Virus record (IMG/VR): IMGVR_UViG_3300009000_000003
Strand: one strand, 5' to 3'
DNA: 64,000 bases
Origin: a virus
Below are positions 40,044-50,730 of the stretch, piece after piece. Positions within the stretch are counted from its first letter, which is position 1; every line of letters begins with the position of its first letter. The translations under genes and the position numbers were made by a program. The notes beneath the pieces were generated by a model, which was given only the letters and a program-made list of their open reading frames with translations, was not told the DNA's origin and ran no database searches.

Positions 40044-40536
40044 ATTAGGAAGAAAAAGTGAATTCGCTCAAAACTTAAGTAATTTAAATTACGAAATATT
40101 CAATAAAGAAAAAAGTAATGAAACAGCTCATTGCATAGTATTAGATATATGCGGAGCGCATAAACCAAAATCAAAGTTCGTAGAAGATGTTTTTGAAACT
40201 GGTATATATTTTATAGTAGGCTGTTACGAAACAGCATCTATAGAAATAGTATATTGGAACTGCTCTTATGATTATTTAAGAATGATTTATGGTTTAGATA
40301 GCAACATAATTGGTAGGCATTGCGTAGTGGAATGCAAAAGCTTTTCGTCTAATGATATGTTAAACGGAAATATAAGTTTTAGAGAAGGTAAAAGAAATAA
40401 ATATCAAGACGAATCAAATGGCATTTATATGTCTATATCAATGTCTTCAGGAATAAAACAAAACTATGAAAGGCAAATCAAAAATTATGAAATTAATGAA
40501 GATGAAGGCCTTGGAGAGTTTTGGGCAAAGGTATAA
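40036..40536 (+). CDS. Hypothetical baseplate-region protein
   Basis: Track ORF starts at GTG 40027; ATG 40036 follows AAAGGTGA. Translationally coupled within the operon. Confidence 0.55.
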   Translation: MSKLGRKSEFAQNLSNLNYEIFNKEKSNETAHCIVLDICGAHKPKSKFVEDVFETGIYFIVGCYETASIEIVYWNCSYDYLRMIYGLDSNIIGRHCVVECKSFSSNDMLNGNISFREGKRNKYQDESNGIYMSISMSSGIKQNYERQIKNYEINEDEGLGEFWAKV

Positions 40537-40538
40537 TT

Positions 40539-40880
40539 ATGCAAAGTAAAATACTAAAAGCACAATTTAATAAAATGTGTTTAGGAGGAATTCTTTTAGA
40601 CATGGAGACTGTTGCTTTGTTTTCTGGAGCAAATGGAATGTCTAATATTGAAGTTACTCCTAACGGTATCAACATACAACCAGGACCAGGTAAACCACTT
40701 GTAATAAACACAATGGATGTTCGAGGATTAGGATATAGATATCAAATGTCACCTACTGATTTTTTCCCACAAGTATATACTTACTTACCTAGAAAAAATA
40801 TTGATTTGCAAGTATTAGAAGATATTAAAGAAGCTTTAATAATCAGCAGTGCTTTCGCAGGAGTATCAGCACTATTATGA
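40539..40880 (+). CDS. Small baseplate-region protein (possible spike-associated)
   Basis: Beta-rich segment SNIEVTPNGINIQ. Lies between hub and gp25-like genes. Track start is TTG 40521. Confidence 0.45.
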   Translation: MQSKILKAQFNKMCLGGILLDMETVALFSGANGMSNIEVTPNGINIQPGPGKPLVINTMDVRGLGYRYQMSPTDFFPQVYTYLPRKNIDLQVLEDIKEALIISSAFAGVSALL

Positions 40881-41332
40881 TAAAAGAAACAAATACAGAT
40901 ATTTGCTTTACAGAAGACGGAGACTTTCTTTTCAAAAGAAATTCTCTTTATTTATCTAAAGAAGATAATAATGAAATTTTAATTGATACAATTATGAGGA
41001 GGCTTCAATCCTCTTCAATAGATTGGGCAAGTAATAAAATTATTGCAGCCAATTTAGATTATTATCGAGGTGAAAAAATAACAAGCAATCTTGTAAATCT
41101 GATAGGTAATGAAATATTAAATACAATTATTGCAGATAATTTAGTTCGTGAAGAATATGTAGATATAAAAGCAAACAGATTAAACCCAGAACAAATCAAT
41201 TATACAATAATTGTATATGCTAAACAAAACGCTGACACTAATATTGTAATTGGTTTAATGTATGATCAAAGAGTAAATAAAATAATTCCAAGATATCTTA
41301 ACCCAAGAGAGCTAGCGGCATGGCAAGACTAA
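40877..41332 (+). CDS. Baseplate wedge/sheath initiator (gp25/W-like)
   Basis: TDICFTEDGDF...RRLQS...DW......ANL..YRG pattern. Immediately upstream of the baseplate J-like gene. Confidence 0.65.
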   Translation: MIKETNTDICFTEDGDFLFKRNSLYLSKEDNNEILIDTIMRRLQSSSIDWASNKIIAANLDYYRGEKITSNLVNLIGNEILNTIIADNLVREEYVDIKANRLNPEQINYTIIVYAKQNADTNIVIGLMYDQRVNKIIPRYLNPRELAAWQD

Positions 41333-42561
41333 TTACAAGCGAACAATCTTATAGCATAGAAAACAATATACTTGGGAAACTTAAAGAAAGTATTCCTAAT
41401 TTATATCTTGGGGAAGATTCAGTAGTAAGAATTTTAAGTGAAGCAATAGCTAGCGAAATAAGCTTATTAAATGAAGAAGCAAAAAATACTTATTCTAATA
41501 ATCAGCTAAGTAATGCTAGTGGAGAAAATTTAGATCAAATTGCTTTTCAAAAATATGGGATTTCAAGATATTCTGAAAGTTACGCTGAATCATTAAGTAA
41601 CGAAAGAAATGTATATTTTTATAGTAATTTTGGAACTCTTGGTGAGCTAAACAATGGCCAGGGATTTGTAATTCCTGCAGGCACAATTATATCAAATAAA
41701 ATAGATGTAAATAACGCAGCAATACAATTTGCACTAACAAACGATGTACAGATATTAGCTGATGATCCATTTGTGTTTGCATCTGTAAGAGCAATCAATG
41801 CAGGATCAAGTTACAACGTAGATACTAATACTCTTGTATATCATAATTATGGAGAATATTCGGATTATTTGAATGGAAGCTTATTAGTAGAAAATAGACT
41901 GCCAATCATTAATGGATCGGAAAGAGAGTCTGACAATAACTTTAAATTTCGATTAACAAATTATTTATCGGCCAGTGTAAACAAAAGCTATGATTATTTA
42001 TTAATGCAAAGCTTAAGCTTACCAGGAGTATATGATGTATCTATCATTCCTTCTTATTATGGAATAGGAACAACAGGGGTTGTTTTATTTGGCGCGGGTA
42101 GGGAATCTAATAAAAATATAAATGATTTAGTAGATATTCGAATAGCTGAAGCGAAAACACCAGGCCAAAACATAATCGTTTCTCAAGGTATAGAAGTTTA
42201 TTTAGATATGGACATCAGAATATATTATGAGAAAACAATAAATACTTTAAACTTGGAAAAAATAAGAAAAAATATTTTAATAGAAGTAAAACAATTGGTT
42301 AAAGAAAAAGAACAATCTAAAGTAATTTCTTTTAATGAAATTTCTAATTTAATAAAAAATAATTTTACTTCTAAAGAATTTAAAGGCTTCGGAACTAAAA
42401 ATAACAGTATCTTTGAAAACATATTTATTAGAAAATCAGATAAATACAATGAATTTCCAGAAGAAAGAAAAAGTTTAGAAAGTGCTTACTTAAACATAGC
42501 AGATGATGAAAGAGTACGCTTTGGAATAATCAATATTATTATGGAAGAAGATAATAGATGA
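41320..42561 (+). CDS. Baseplate J-like wedge protein
   Basis: ASGENLDQIA...GISR, VIPAGTII, VRAINAGSSYNV, NGSERESDNNFKFRL, SLPGVYDV. Confidence 0.88.
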   Translation: MARLITSEQSYSIENNILGKLKESIPNLYLGEDSVVRILSEAIASEISLLNEEAKNTYSNNQLSNASGENLDQIAFQKYGISRYSESYAESLSNERNVYFYSNFGTLGELNNGQGFVIPAGTIISNKIDVNNAAIQFALTNDVQILADDPFVFASVRAINAGSSYNVDTNTLVYHNYGEYSDYLNGSLLVENRLPIINGSERESDNNFKFRLTNYLSASVNKSYDYLLMQSLSLPGVYDVSIIPSYYGIGTTGVVLFGAGRESNKNINDLVDIRIAEAKTPGQNIIVSQGIEVYLDMDIRIYYEKTINTLNLEKIRKNILIEVKQLVKEKEQSKVISFNEISNLIKNNFTSKEFKGFGTKNNSIFENIFIRKSDKYNEFPEERKSLESAYLNIADDERVRFGIINIIMEEDNR

Positions 42562-45146
42562 GCTATTTATCTCAATCAATAAGAAATAGATTTCCTAGCT
42601 GGTCAGCTATAAGAAGAGAAGACTCTTCTAACGGCGCTAAAATAATAGATGTATTTGCTTTTTCATTAGAAAATTTAAGAAATGATTATAAAAAATTATA
42701 TAAACAAGAACCAAGTCTTTATTGTAGCCCAACATATGAACCTGGCCACATATTTTATACTTCATTAGAAAACCAAGAAGAATTTGTAAATTACTATAGA
42801 GATAATAAAGATTTAGAAAGCATTTTTATTAATGCAAATCAAGGTATTGAATTAAACCAGTATGATACTTACGAAGAACTAGTATCGTCATTACCAGATA
42901 GAATTGATGTCAATCTTTTAAAAACTAAAGAATGTTTAATTGTGGAGACAGAAGAAAAAGAAATTGAAAGTAGTTTCTTTTTAGATAAAGAAGGAGAAAA
43001 TATTTATATAGATTTAAACTATGTAAATAACTTTATTACTTCTGTTTCTCAACCTTACTTTAATAATGAAACTTCTATAACGTTAAGAGGAAAAAATTCT
43101 CTTTTTGATGATATTGAAGAAACAATAATTATTAAAAATACGGGAATGTATAAATCTAAAAATAGGTTTACATCTTTAGAAAAAATAGAAAAACAAGAAA
43201 ATATTTCAGGAGGAAATGGAATTTCTATTGTTGGCCTAGAAGGAGCAATAAGATTTTTTTCATCTCCTAAAAAAATATTTGGTAAAGAAATAAAAGATAA
43301 AATTCTTGTTAATAAATATAATCGACTAGAAGATCGAAATGGATTAGATGAAAATTATCTTTTTGTAGAGTTAAGGGAAGAAGAAGATAATTTTTATTTA
43401 GATTACATTTATAGATACTATGAATCAGGTATAGATTATAAAAAAGAAGAATCTTTAGAAGGCATTGAACATTTTGAAGATTTATTATTTAGTCAAATAA
43501 TTTTAGATATAAATGGCGAAAAGGTAAAAGTAGAAGATTTTTGGTGGGACGAAGTAAAACAAAAAATTATAGTAATAGATGCAGAGGGAATAATTTATTA
43601 TTATAATTTAAATAAACACTTTTTTACAGAACCAAGATTCAGTAGAAGTAAAAACATTACGTTTATATTTGAGGCTATAAACCAACAAGTAGCTTTAAAT
43701 GAAACTAGTGAAATCTTTGTTTTTCTAGAAAGGCCAAAAGGTCCAATATATAATTATTGCATCTTATTAGAGAAACCTAGTGATGAAAGCAATGAATATG
43801 AAAACTTTTTATTTTTAAATGAAAATAAAGAATTTCAAAATGAGATTTCTTTTTTTAAAGCAAAAGATCATTTAGATGTATTTGAAAATGTAGATTCTTT
43901 TAAATTTGATGTAAATTATAATGAAATTGGACAATATAATTTCTATATAATATCTTTTAGAATAAAAGAAGATATGCATTATGAATTTGAAAATAATAAT
44001 TTAACAAAAAATGAATTGTTAACTCGAATTCAAAATAGAATTGAAGATAATTATGAAACAGATATTCATGTAAATCGTTTGTCAATATACTGTGAATTTT
44101 TAAAACCAGAAAAAAGCTTCAATACAAATTTACTAGAAGGTAATTATTCTTTATACAAGGAAGGTCCTGAAAATAATTTATATTGTATAAAGACAGAAAA
44201 TAATATTGATTCTTTATATGTAATCAATGAATATACAGATGGATTTTTATTTAATTATTCTAGTGGAGAATTAGCAGTATTAAACGAATATGAATCTTTA
44301 TCTATTAATATAAATTCATCTTTAAATATTGAATTTAATTTTTATGATGAAATGACCAAATATAGAAACTCTACTTCTTTAGATGAATTAGGAGTTGAAT
44401 ATAAATTATTACGAGGTCAAAACGAAAGATTAAATGATTATTATAAAAGAATTTATAAATGTGTTTTAGAAAATTATAAATACCATAAAAATTCTTTTTA
44501 CAATTCATTAGGATATGCAACAGAGCTACAAGAAAAAATTATTTGTAGAATCAAACCTATTGAAACAGAAATATTTTTATTACCAAATATTATAATTAAT
44601 GATACAAATTTAATAGTGACAGAAGGTACACAAGAAGTATTGAATGTTTCTTTAAAAGAAAAGAAATTCTTAGTAGATATTTTTGAAGAATTAAATAACT
44701 TGAATTTATTTGAAATAGAAATTCTTGAAAATAATTATGAATATTTAAAATCAGAATATTTAATTCCTTGTAATGCTTATCGAGCAATTAATAATATGTT
44801 AAGCGATGATTATGTTACTAGATTACCTAAGAAATATATAAATTCTGTAACAGATTTTAATGGTAATTTTCTTTACAACAAGAACGATGCAGAATACATT
44901 TTGAACGAAAACAGTTATGTTTTAGAAGAAAATGTTTTAACAAAATTTAATCGTGGTGAAGAAAGATTGCATGTAGAGTATTATGATTATCCGTTAATAA
45001 TTAAATGGTCACCAATTAAAAGTTATGAAATTTATAAAGATAGTTTTAATAAAATTACACATGACGGTGATGAAAACTTGACTCAAGACGGTGCTAAAAT
45101 TTATAACATGATTTTAGAAAAACAAAACACATACTGGGGTAAATGA
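42558..45146 (+). CDS. Baseplate wedge/structural protein
   Basis: 862 aa. N-terminal RFPSWS and internal LDELG...LLR..NE....Y.KRI pattern seen in J-partner wedge proteins. Synteny. Confidence 0.5.
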   Translation: MSYLSQSIRNRFPSWSAIRREDSSNGAKIIDVFAFSLENLRNDYKKLYKQEPSLYCSPTYEPGHIFYTSLENQEEFVNYYRDNKDLESIFINANQGIELNQYDTYEELVSSLPDRIDVNLLKTKECLIVETEEKEIESSFFLDKEGENIYIDLNYVNNFITSVSQPYFNNETSITLRGKNSLFDDIEETIIIKNTGMYKSKNRFTSLEKIEKQENISGGNGISIVGLEGAIRFFSSPKKIFGKEIKDKILVNKYNRLEDRNGLDENYLFVELREEEDNFYLDYIYRYYESGIDYKKEESLEGIEHFEDLLFSQIILDINGEKVKVEDFWWDEVKQKIIVIDAEGIIYYYNLNKHFFTEPRFSRSKNITFIFEAINQQVALNETSEIFVFLERPKGPIYNYCILLEKPSDESNEYENFLFLNENKEFQNEISFFKAKDHLDVFENVDSFKFDVNYNEIGQYNFYIISFRIKEDMHYEFENNNLTKNELLTRIQNRIEDNYETDIHVNRLSIYCEFLKPEKSFNTNLLEGNYSLYKEGPENNLYCIKTENNIDSLYVINEYTDGFLFNYSSGELAVLNEYESLSININSSLNIEFNFYDEMTKYRNSTSLDELGVEYKLLRGQNERLNDYYKRIYKCVLENYKYHKNSFYNSLGYATELQEKIICRIKPIETEIFLLPNIIINDTNLIVTEGTQEVLNVSLKEKKFLVDIFEELNNLNLFEIEILENNYEYLKSEYLIPCNAYRAINNMLSDDYVTRLPKKYINSVTDFNGNFLYNKNDAEYILNENSYVLEENVLTKFNRGEERLHVEYYDYPLIIKWSPIKSYEIYKDSFNKITHDGDENLTQDGAKIYNMILEKQNTYWGK

Positions 45147-45709
45147 TGAGCGAAGTTATATATACATTTTATATAGAGCAAAACATGGAGCCTCAAGTAG
45201 CTTTAACGCCTACTTTTAGCGTGTTTAAAAGTGTAGATGATGGATTGGATATGCTAGAAGAAGAATATCCAGAAATCATTAATCTTGGAAGCGGATATTA
45301 TAAATTTGTTTATACATGGAATGAAACATCACCTAGCGCCTGGTTGTTAAAAATAGCAACAACTTTAGTGCATCCTGCAGATGAGTATGTGCATCTTAAG
45401 ATAGAAAAGCATGATTACTTACCTACGCTTGCGCAATCAATTAAAGACACTGCAGACAACTTAACAACCTCGTCTACAACTTTACAAACAAGCGCTGATG
45501 AACTCTATTTAAGAGTAAACAGACTGCTTGATGTGCAAGAGGGAAGTTGGGAAATTGAAGGTACTGAACTTAAAATTTATACGCCTGCTGCAAACGAAGG
45601 CGAGCGTGTACTTATTGCTACATATCAATTATATGACTCAGAAGGTCAGCAATCAGCTTTAAATCCATTTAAAAGAACTTTAGTATCATTAGCTGAACGA
45701 GGATTCTAA
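45143..45709 (+). CDS. Virion structural protein (Ig-like N-terminus plus short coiled coil)
   Basis: INLGSGYYKFVY beta pattern, heptad segment, operon position. Confidence 0.45.
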   Translation: MMSEVIYTFYIEQNMEPQVALTPTFSVFKSVDDGLDMLEEEYPEIINLGSGYYKFVYTWNETSPSAWLLKIATTLVHPADEYVHLKIEKHDYLPTLAQSIKDTADNLTTSSTTLQTSADELYLRVNRLLDVQEGSWEIEGTELKIYTPAANEGERVLIATYQLYDSEGQQSALNPFKRTLVSLAERGF

Positions 45710-45711
45710 TT

Positions 45712-48063
45712 ATGTCTATAGTAGCAAGAGGGCTGCAACAAGGCATAGTTTCCCATGGCCTTGGTGGTGTAACACTTGGGCCAGATGAAGAAATAGTAGA
45801 ATTAGATATTCTTGCTATAGCTGTGTATGAAAAAAAAGAATATCCAACAACTGGAACTTTTAACGAAGTTGAAGGCTGGCAATGGAGTAAAAGCTTAGCA
45901 CAAGACTTGTCTAAAGAACGCCAGAGAATTAACTCTCATATTGGTGGTTATGAAAACAACCTTGAAGAAGGAACAATATATCAAGATTGGATCGGTGCAA
46001 AATTAAATGGTTTAGAAGTTTCTATTGTTGAAAAACAAGACAAAACAAAAAGATCTAAATGGTTAGCAGAAATAGATCCAGGCCAATATTCGATACTACA
46101 TAAAAAAAATTATTTGTATGGAAATAAAAGCTCATCACTTATTTTAAATGATGAATTATTTTATGAATTAGATGAGCTTGTTAAAAGTAATTTGACTATT
46201 AGTACTTATAAAAGAGATAGTTTTTTTAACAATATTCCAAACATTGTATATCAATATGATGATAATTTAGATCTAGAATTTAGTTATACTTATGATGATC
46301 AAAATAATGTACTTTTAAATCAATTGTATAAAAAAGAAATTGGCGTAGGAGAAGAGTTAGATTCTGGTAGTTGGGAATTTTGCGGAGTAAGTACGGAAAC
46401 TCGCAGCATTATTTATACTGAGTATTTCCCTGCAATCAATTTAAGATTAATAGAAAAAACTATCGAAGGTAATTTGATTGAATGGTCGAAGGTAAATAAA
46501 TTCTCTAATGAAAATAGAAGAGAGTTTATTGTAGATGAACACAGCGGAAAAATCTTTATCAATAGCAAAACAGATAAAAAGTTTTATGTTAAAAAAGATT
46601 TTGGAAACGCAATAGAAATATACGGAACAACCGACTCTTTAAAAGAGTCGGGAACTTTTAATAATAGATTTAGTTATTATAGTAAAACTAAAACTAAAAT
46701 ATTATTAAATGAAAATAGAGCTTCTGTTTACAACAAAGGTGATGTTATTACTTTTAATAAAGAAGGTAATAATTTTCAAAATGGCTCAGAATTATATATC
46801 TCTTATACAAATGTACCAAGGCTTTCTTATGAAATCACAGAAGAGAAAAGAACTTCTAATTTTAATTTAAAACCATACGAGCTTGGAACTTCTATAGGTT
46901 TAATTGAAATAGCACCGTATGAAAAAACATTATCTAAAATTAACCTTACTTCTGATTTAACTAAAGTAGGGAATGATTTATACCAAACTTTAAAAGTAGG
47001 TAGCGATTCTACTATTATTGAAGCAGAAGCATTAAATTATAAAAACAAACCGGTAAAAGAAATTAATATAAGTTTTTATACAGATAGCGGTTTGTTTGAA
47101 AACACTAGCAAAACAATTAACCAAATTACATCTGAATTGGGTACATGTTTGACTAGTTATTCTCAGCCTTATGAAAACGATGTATTAGCAGAATATGTAA
47201 ATATAGAATATGAAGGCAATAACTCTGTAATTGAATTAAATACAATTACACCTGGAACAAATGTAAATGATATAAATATTTTTCAAGTATTAAAAACAGA
47301 TCCATATTATGGATCATTAGGCACTATGTGTGAAATAGAATCTTTTGAATTAAAAAATGGCAAATATCACATAATATTAAAAGAAAAGCTTTTAGATTCA
47401 GAAGAATATATTACTTATCAAAATTATGACTTTAATGACATAGCTGAAAGATTTCCTTTGTTATGTCAAGAAGGCTATATAAACTTTGGGTGGGGTTATT
47501 TTTATTTTAATAATTCATTAGTTTCTTCAAAAGCTTTAATTGAAAATATTATTGAAGATAAATGCATTGTTGTAGATCCAGCAAATTTTGAAAATGTATT
47601 TTTTACTGAGATAAATCAAATGAGGTTATTCAAGAGAAATGAACTGTTATTTAATATTAATGATATTAAACAAACAGGAAGATCTTTTGACAGGATATGT
47701 TATTATTCAAATGGTGAAGAATATGTTTTGTTGCGTCCAGACAGGCTTGAAGGGCGCAAATTAATATTTGAAAACATACATATACCTCAAGCATCGGCTT
47801 CAAGCGTAACTAATATTATTGGAGCTTATAAAGTATTTAATAAAAAAATTAATAAAGTCTGGGCAGAAGCAGTTGATCCTGCTACTGGTAGAATTATAAG
47901 ATCAAATACTTTAAAAATAATAGTAGATTTTCCTGCTTACTTAAAAGGTAATCAAGGATTCAAATTAAAACAAGATTTGGATATTGACGAATCAGGATTA
48001 GGTGGATCTAATTTTATTACAATAAATCCATTAATTCAAAATCAAATTAACTTTATGATCTGA
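45712..48063 (+). CDS. Baseplate/tail structural protein with Ig-like (Big_1-like) domain
   Basis: DSTIIEAEALNYKNKPVKEINISF...TSELGTCLTSY pattern and FIVDEHSGKIF motif. Confidence 0.5.
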   Translation: MSIVARGLQQGIVSHGLGGVTLGPDEEIVELDILAIAVYEKKEYPTTGTFNEVEGWQWSKSLAQDLSKERQRINSHIGGYENNLEEGTIYQDWIGAKLNGLEVSIVEKQDKTKRSKWLAEIDPGQYSILHKKNYLYGNKSSSLILNDELFYELDELVKSNLTISTYKRDSFFNNIPNIVYQYDDNLDLEFSYTYDDQNNVLLNQLYKKEIGVGEELDSGSWEFCGVSTETRSIIYTEYFPAINLRLIEKTIEGNLIEWSKVNKFSNENRREFIVDEHSGKIFINSKTDKKFYVKKDFGNAIEIYGTTDSLKESGTFNNRFSYYSKTKTKILLNENRASVYNKGDVITFNKEGNNFQNGSELYISYTNVPRLSYEITEEKRTSNFNLKPYELGTSIGLIEIAPYEKTLSKINLTSDLTKVGNDLYQTLKVGSDSTIIEAEALNYKNKPVKEINISFYTDSGLFENTSKTINQITSELGTCLTSYSQPYENDVLAEYVNIEYEGNNSVIELNTITPGTNVNDINIFQVLKTDPYYGSLGTMCEIESFELKNGKYHIILKEKLLDSEEYITYQNYDFNDIAERFPLLCQEGYINFGWGYFYFNNSLVSSKALIENIIEDKCIVVDPANFENVFFTEINQMRLFKRNELLFNINDIKQTGRSFDRICYYSNGEEYVLLRPDRLEGRKLIFENIHIPQASASSVTNIIGAYKVFNKKINKVWAEAVDPATGRIIRSNTLKIIVDFPAYLKGNQGFKLKQDLDIDESGLGGSNFITINPLIQNQINFMI

Positions 48064-48071
48064 GAAGCGTT

Positions 48072-50726
48072 ATGGCAGATAGACTTAAAACATTTACTTC
48101 TAATTTAATTCGTTTTGCTGCTGGAGAAAGACCTTCTGCAGATAAATTTAATGCTGCTAATGAATATCTTGGACGAAACATTAGAGATATTTTTAAAGCT
48201 ATTGGAGATATGTATGGGCAAGGATATCCACATTTAATTGATGGCGAAACCCATTTAACTGGTAAGTGGAATCCACATCAAGTAGGTGGGGATGAAGGCA
48301 GAGCTTTAGATATAGTTAATCTTGCTAGACTTATAGGGCCGGCTTCTAATTTAAATCCAAAACAGCTTTATGAAAATTCTGTTGAAAGAATAGAAGAGAT
48401 AATTCCAGCTGGAGTCGGAGAATATCAAACTAAATTTCCTTTTAAAACTTCAGTTGGACTTGCAATCTCAATTGAAGGATATGCTGAAATACTAGGAATA
48501 AATAATTTTACAAATAACAATCAATTCAAAGTATCTTATAATAAAAATACTATTTATTTTTCAGAAATAACGACTAGTGAATTAACTGTAATTTATCGTA
48601 CAGAACCTAAACTTTATCAAGGTGGAGGAAACTATCTTTACGCTGGGTTTAATGTAATACCAGACCCTAATCAAGCTTCTAAATTAGAAATTATTTCAGA
48701 TCCAAACGATCCCACTAGTTATAGATTAAATTGGTCAGAAACAACAATAGAAGCACAACAATCAGGTTTAATTGATCTTAATACCACCAGTACTGCTGGA
48801 GAGTGGAATGAAGGTAAAACAGCAACTTTGCCGCGATGGATGTGGATTGGAGATGATCCATTATTTTCCACTGGAACCATTATTCCTGAAGGCTTTCTTT
48901 ACGTTAAAAATTTAACTACTAATGAATGCTATCTTTCTGCGACATACACATTTTTAGATCAAACTAGCATTAAGATTAGTGGAGTAACTTTATGTTTAAC
49001 AGATGAATATCAAATAGTAACAGTAGGTACTGATATCACTACAAGCATAGATGATTTAAGAAATAAGTGGTTCAATCATAGACATGATGGATCTTTTGGA
49101 GAACCAAGAATTTCTGTTAAAGACCTTGTAGGCAAATATTTAGAGTCTGCAGATTTTGAAGAATCATCTATTGCTGACAATGATTTCCCTATGTATTTAC
49201 ATAGAAAAGGTTATCAAGAAGATAACTCCAGACGTAATGCAAATAATGCAATGCTTGGAGACATTGTTATGGGACAATCATCTTTTGATGATTTAGATCC
49301 TAACAGTAATGTTTTAATTATTGAGGAAGAAGATTTAAGTCACCAAAGCATAAATTTGAATAGTATAAGTAATAAAATTTTGTTTGGAGAAACAAATTCT
49401 TTTATAAGTCAAATAAACGGATGTTTAAATTTAAAAAATAATGCATCTATAAAATTTGGTTTAGATCCAGTAGATGGGTCAAAACAATATATTCGAAATG
49501 AAAGAGAAATAAACGATGTAACAGTTACTGACTATTTGCCTAGTGTAAATATTGAAAGTAAATTTGGAGGAATTGAAATTAATTCAAAAAGATTAAAAAT
49601 AGATACACCGTCTTTATTTCTTCAAAATACTAGAAATACAAAAAGTGGTTTTTATACTAATTTAAATCTTATTCTTTCAAATATATTAGCTTTAAATACA
49701 AAAGAAAAACATATTTATTCTTATTTAATTAATGAATATGCTTCATTAAATAATGAAAATGATTTTAATAATATTAATTCAAGTAATTTAAATGAAGAAA
49801 CAATATTAAATACAAGTGAAAAAGAATTACTTACTAATCATAAAATATTTAATAAAATTGAAAGAAATATAGAAGAATACAATTACGAAAAAGTTTTAAT
49901 TCCTGTTGAATTTGATTCTAATAAAAGAAAATACAATAATTATAAAAGTTATAATAACGAAATATTTAATTTTGAAATTCAAGAAGTTTTTCAAAATATA
50001 TTTGATGGTAATAATGTTCAGGCGGATTTAATTAATCAAATTGAATCAGATGTTTCAACTTTATATGGAAATAATATTAGTTTACAAAATGAATTAAATT
50101 TACCTGTTTACTATAGAGAAGAAAATAATTACAGTGCAATAAATTTTAATTCAACAACAATGAGTAACAATTATAATTATGCAACAATAAAAAATTCTGT
50201 CAATGAAAATGAACATAATTTTATAATTGAAGATATATACGATAACAGTATTTATGATATTGATTCATTAGAGTATGATTTAAACGAATATTTAAATAAT
50301 TATAAATTTTCATTTAAAGGAAATTTAAATTTCCAAATCAATAGAATTAATAATGAAAACTTTAATATTCAAGAAACATATAATAAAGTTCAATCAAATT
50401 GTAATTTGACTTTTTATTTAAAAGACAACACAAATGGAATAGGAAAAATAAATTATAAATTATTATATGAATTTAACAGAGAAAATATTTTTTATAAAGT
50501 TGATAAAATCAATCACGTAGGTGATCTTAGTGAAGGTCATGAATATGAAACAGATTTTATATCATCTTATTCTCAAGAAATAGGAAACAAAACATTAATT
50601 GATTTAAGAACTGCATTAAATTTAAATTTTACTAATGACCCTCACATTGTTTTTATAGAAGAAAAAATTAAAGGTAAATTCTTATTTTTAAATATAGTTT
50701 ATTTAAATGAAAATCTTGATAGATAA
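48072..50726 (+). CDS. Tail fibre/baseplate-attached protein with Asn-rich variable C-terminal half
   Basis: N-terminal FAAGERPSADKFN, NHRHDG..GEPRIS..DL and DFPMYLHRKG fibre-type motifs. Abrupt shift to AT-rich, Asn-rich sequence after about 49300. Confidence 0.55.
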   Translation: MADRLKTFTSNLIRFAAGERPSADKFNAANEYLGRNIRDIFKAIGDMYGQGYPHLIDGETHLTGKWNPHQVGGDEGRALDIVNLARLIGPASNLNPKQLYENSVERIEEIIPAGVGEYQTKFPFKTSVGLAISIEGYAEILGINNFTNNNQFKVSYNKNTIYFSEITTSELTVIYRTEPKLYQGGGNYLYAGFNVIPDPNQASKLEIISDPNDPTSYRLNWSETTIEAQQSGLIDLNTTSTAGEWNEGKTATLPRWMWIGDDPLFSTGTIIPEGFLYVKNLTTNECYLSATYTFLDQTSIKISGVTLCLTDEYQIVTVGTDITTSIDDLRNKWFNHRHDGSFGEPRISVKDLVGKYLESADFEESSIADNDFPMYLHRKGYQEDNSRRNANNAMLGDIVMGQSSFDDLDPNSNVLIIEEEDLSHQSINLNSISNKILFGETNSFISQINGCLNLKNNASIKFGLDPVDGSKQYIRNEREINDVTVTDYLPSVNIESKFGGIEINSKRLKIDTPSLFLQNTRNTKSGFYTNLNLILSNILALNTKEKHIYSYLINEYASLNNENDFNNINSSNLNEETILNTSEKELLTNHKIFNKIERNIEEYNYEKVLIPVEFDSNKRKYNNYKSYNNEIFNFEIQEVFQNIFDGNNVQADLINQIESDVSTLYGNNISLQNELNLPVYYREENNYSAINFNSTTMSNNYNYATIKNSVNENEHNFIIEDIYDNSIYDIDSLEYDLNEYLNNYKFSFKGNLNFQINRINNENFNIQETYNKVQSNCNLTFYLKDNTNGIGKINYKLLYEFNRENIFYKVDKINHVGDLSEGHEYETDFISSYSQEIGNKTLIDLRTALNLNFTNDPHIVFIEEKIKGKFLFLNIVYLNENLDR

Positions 50727-50730
50727 ATAA

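Noticed and set aside
14099-42561. Bacterial contractile injection system, tailocin or T6SS
   Set aside because: Portal, prohead protease and major capsid genes are in the same operon, so this is a complete phage morphogenesis module.
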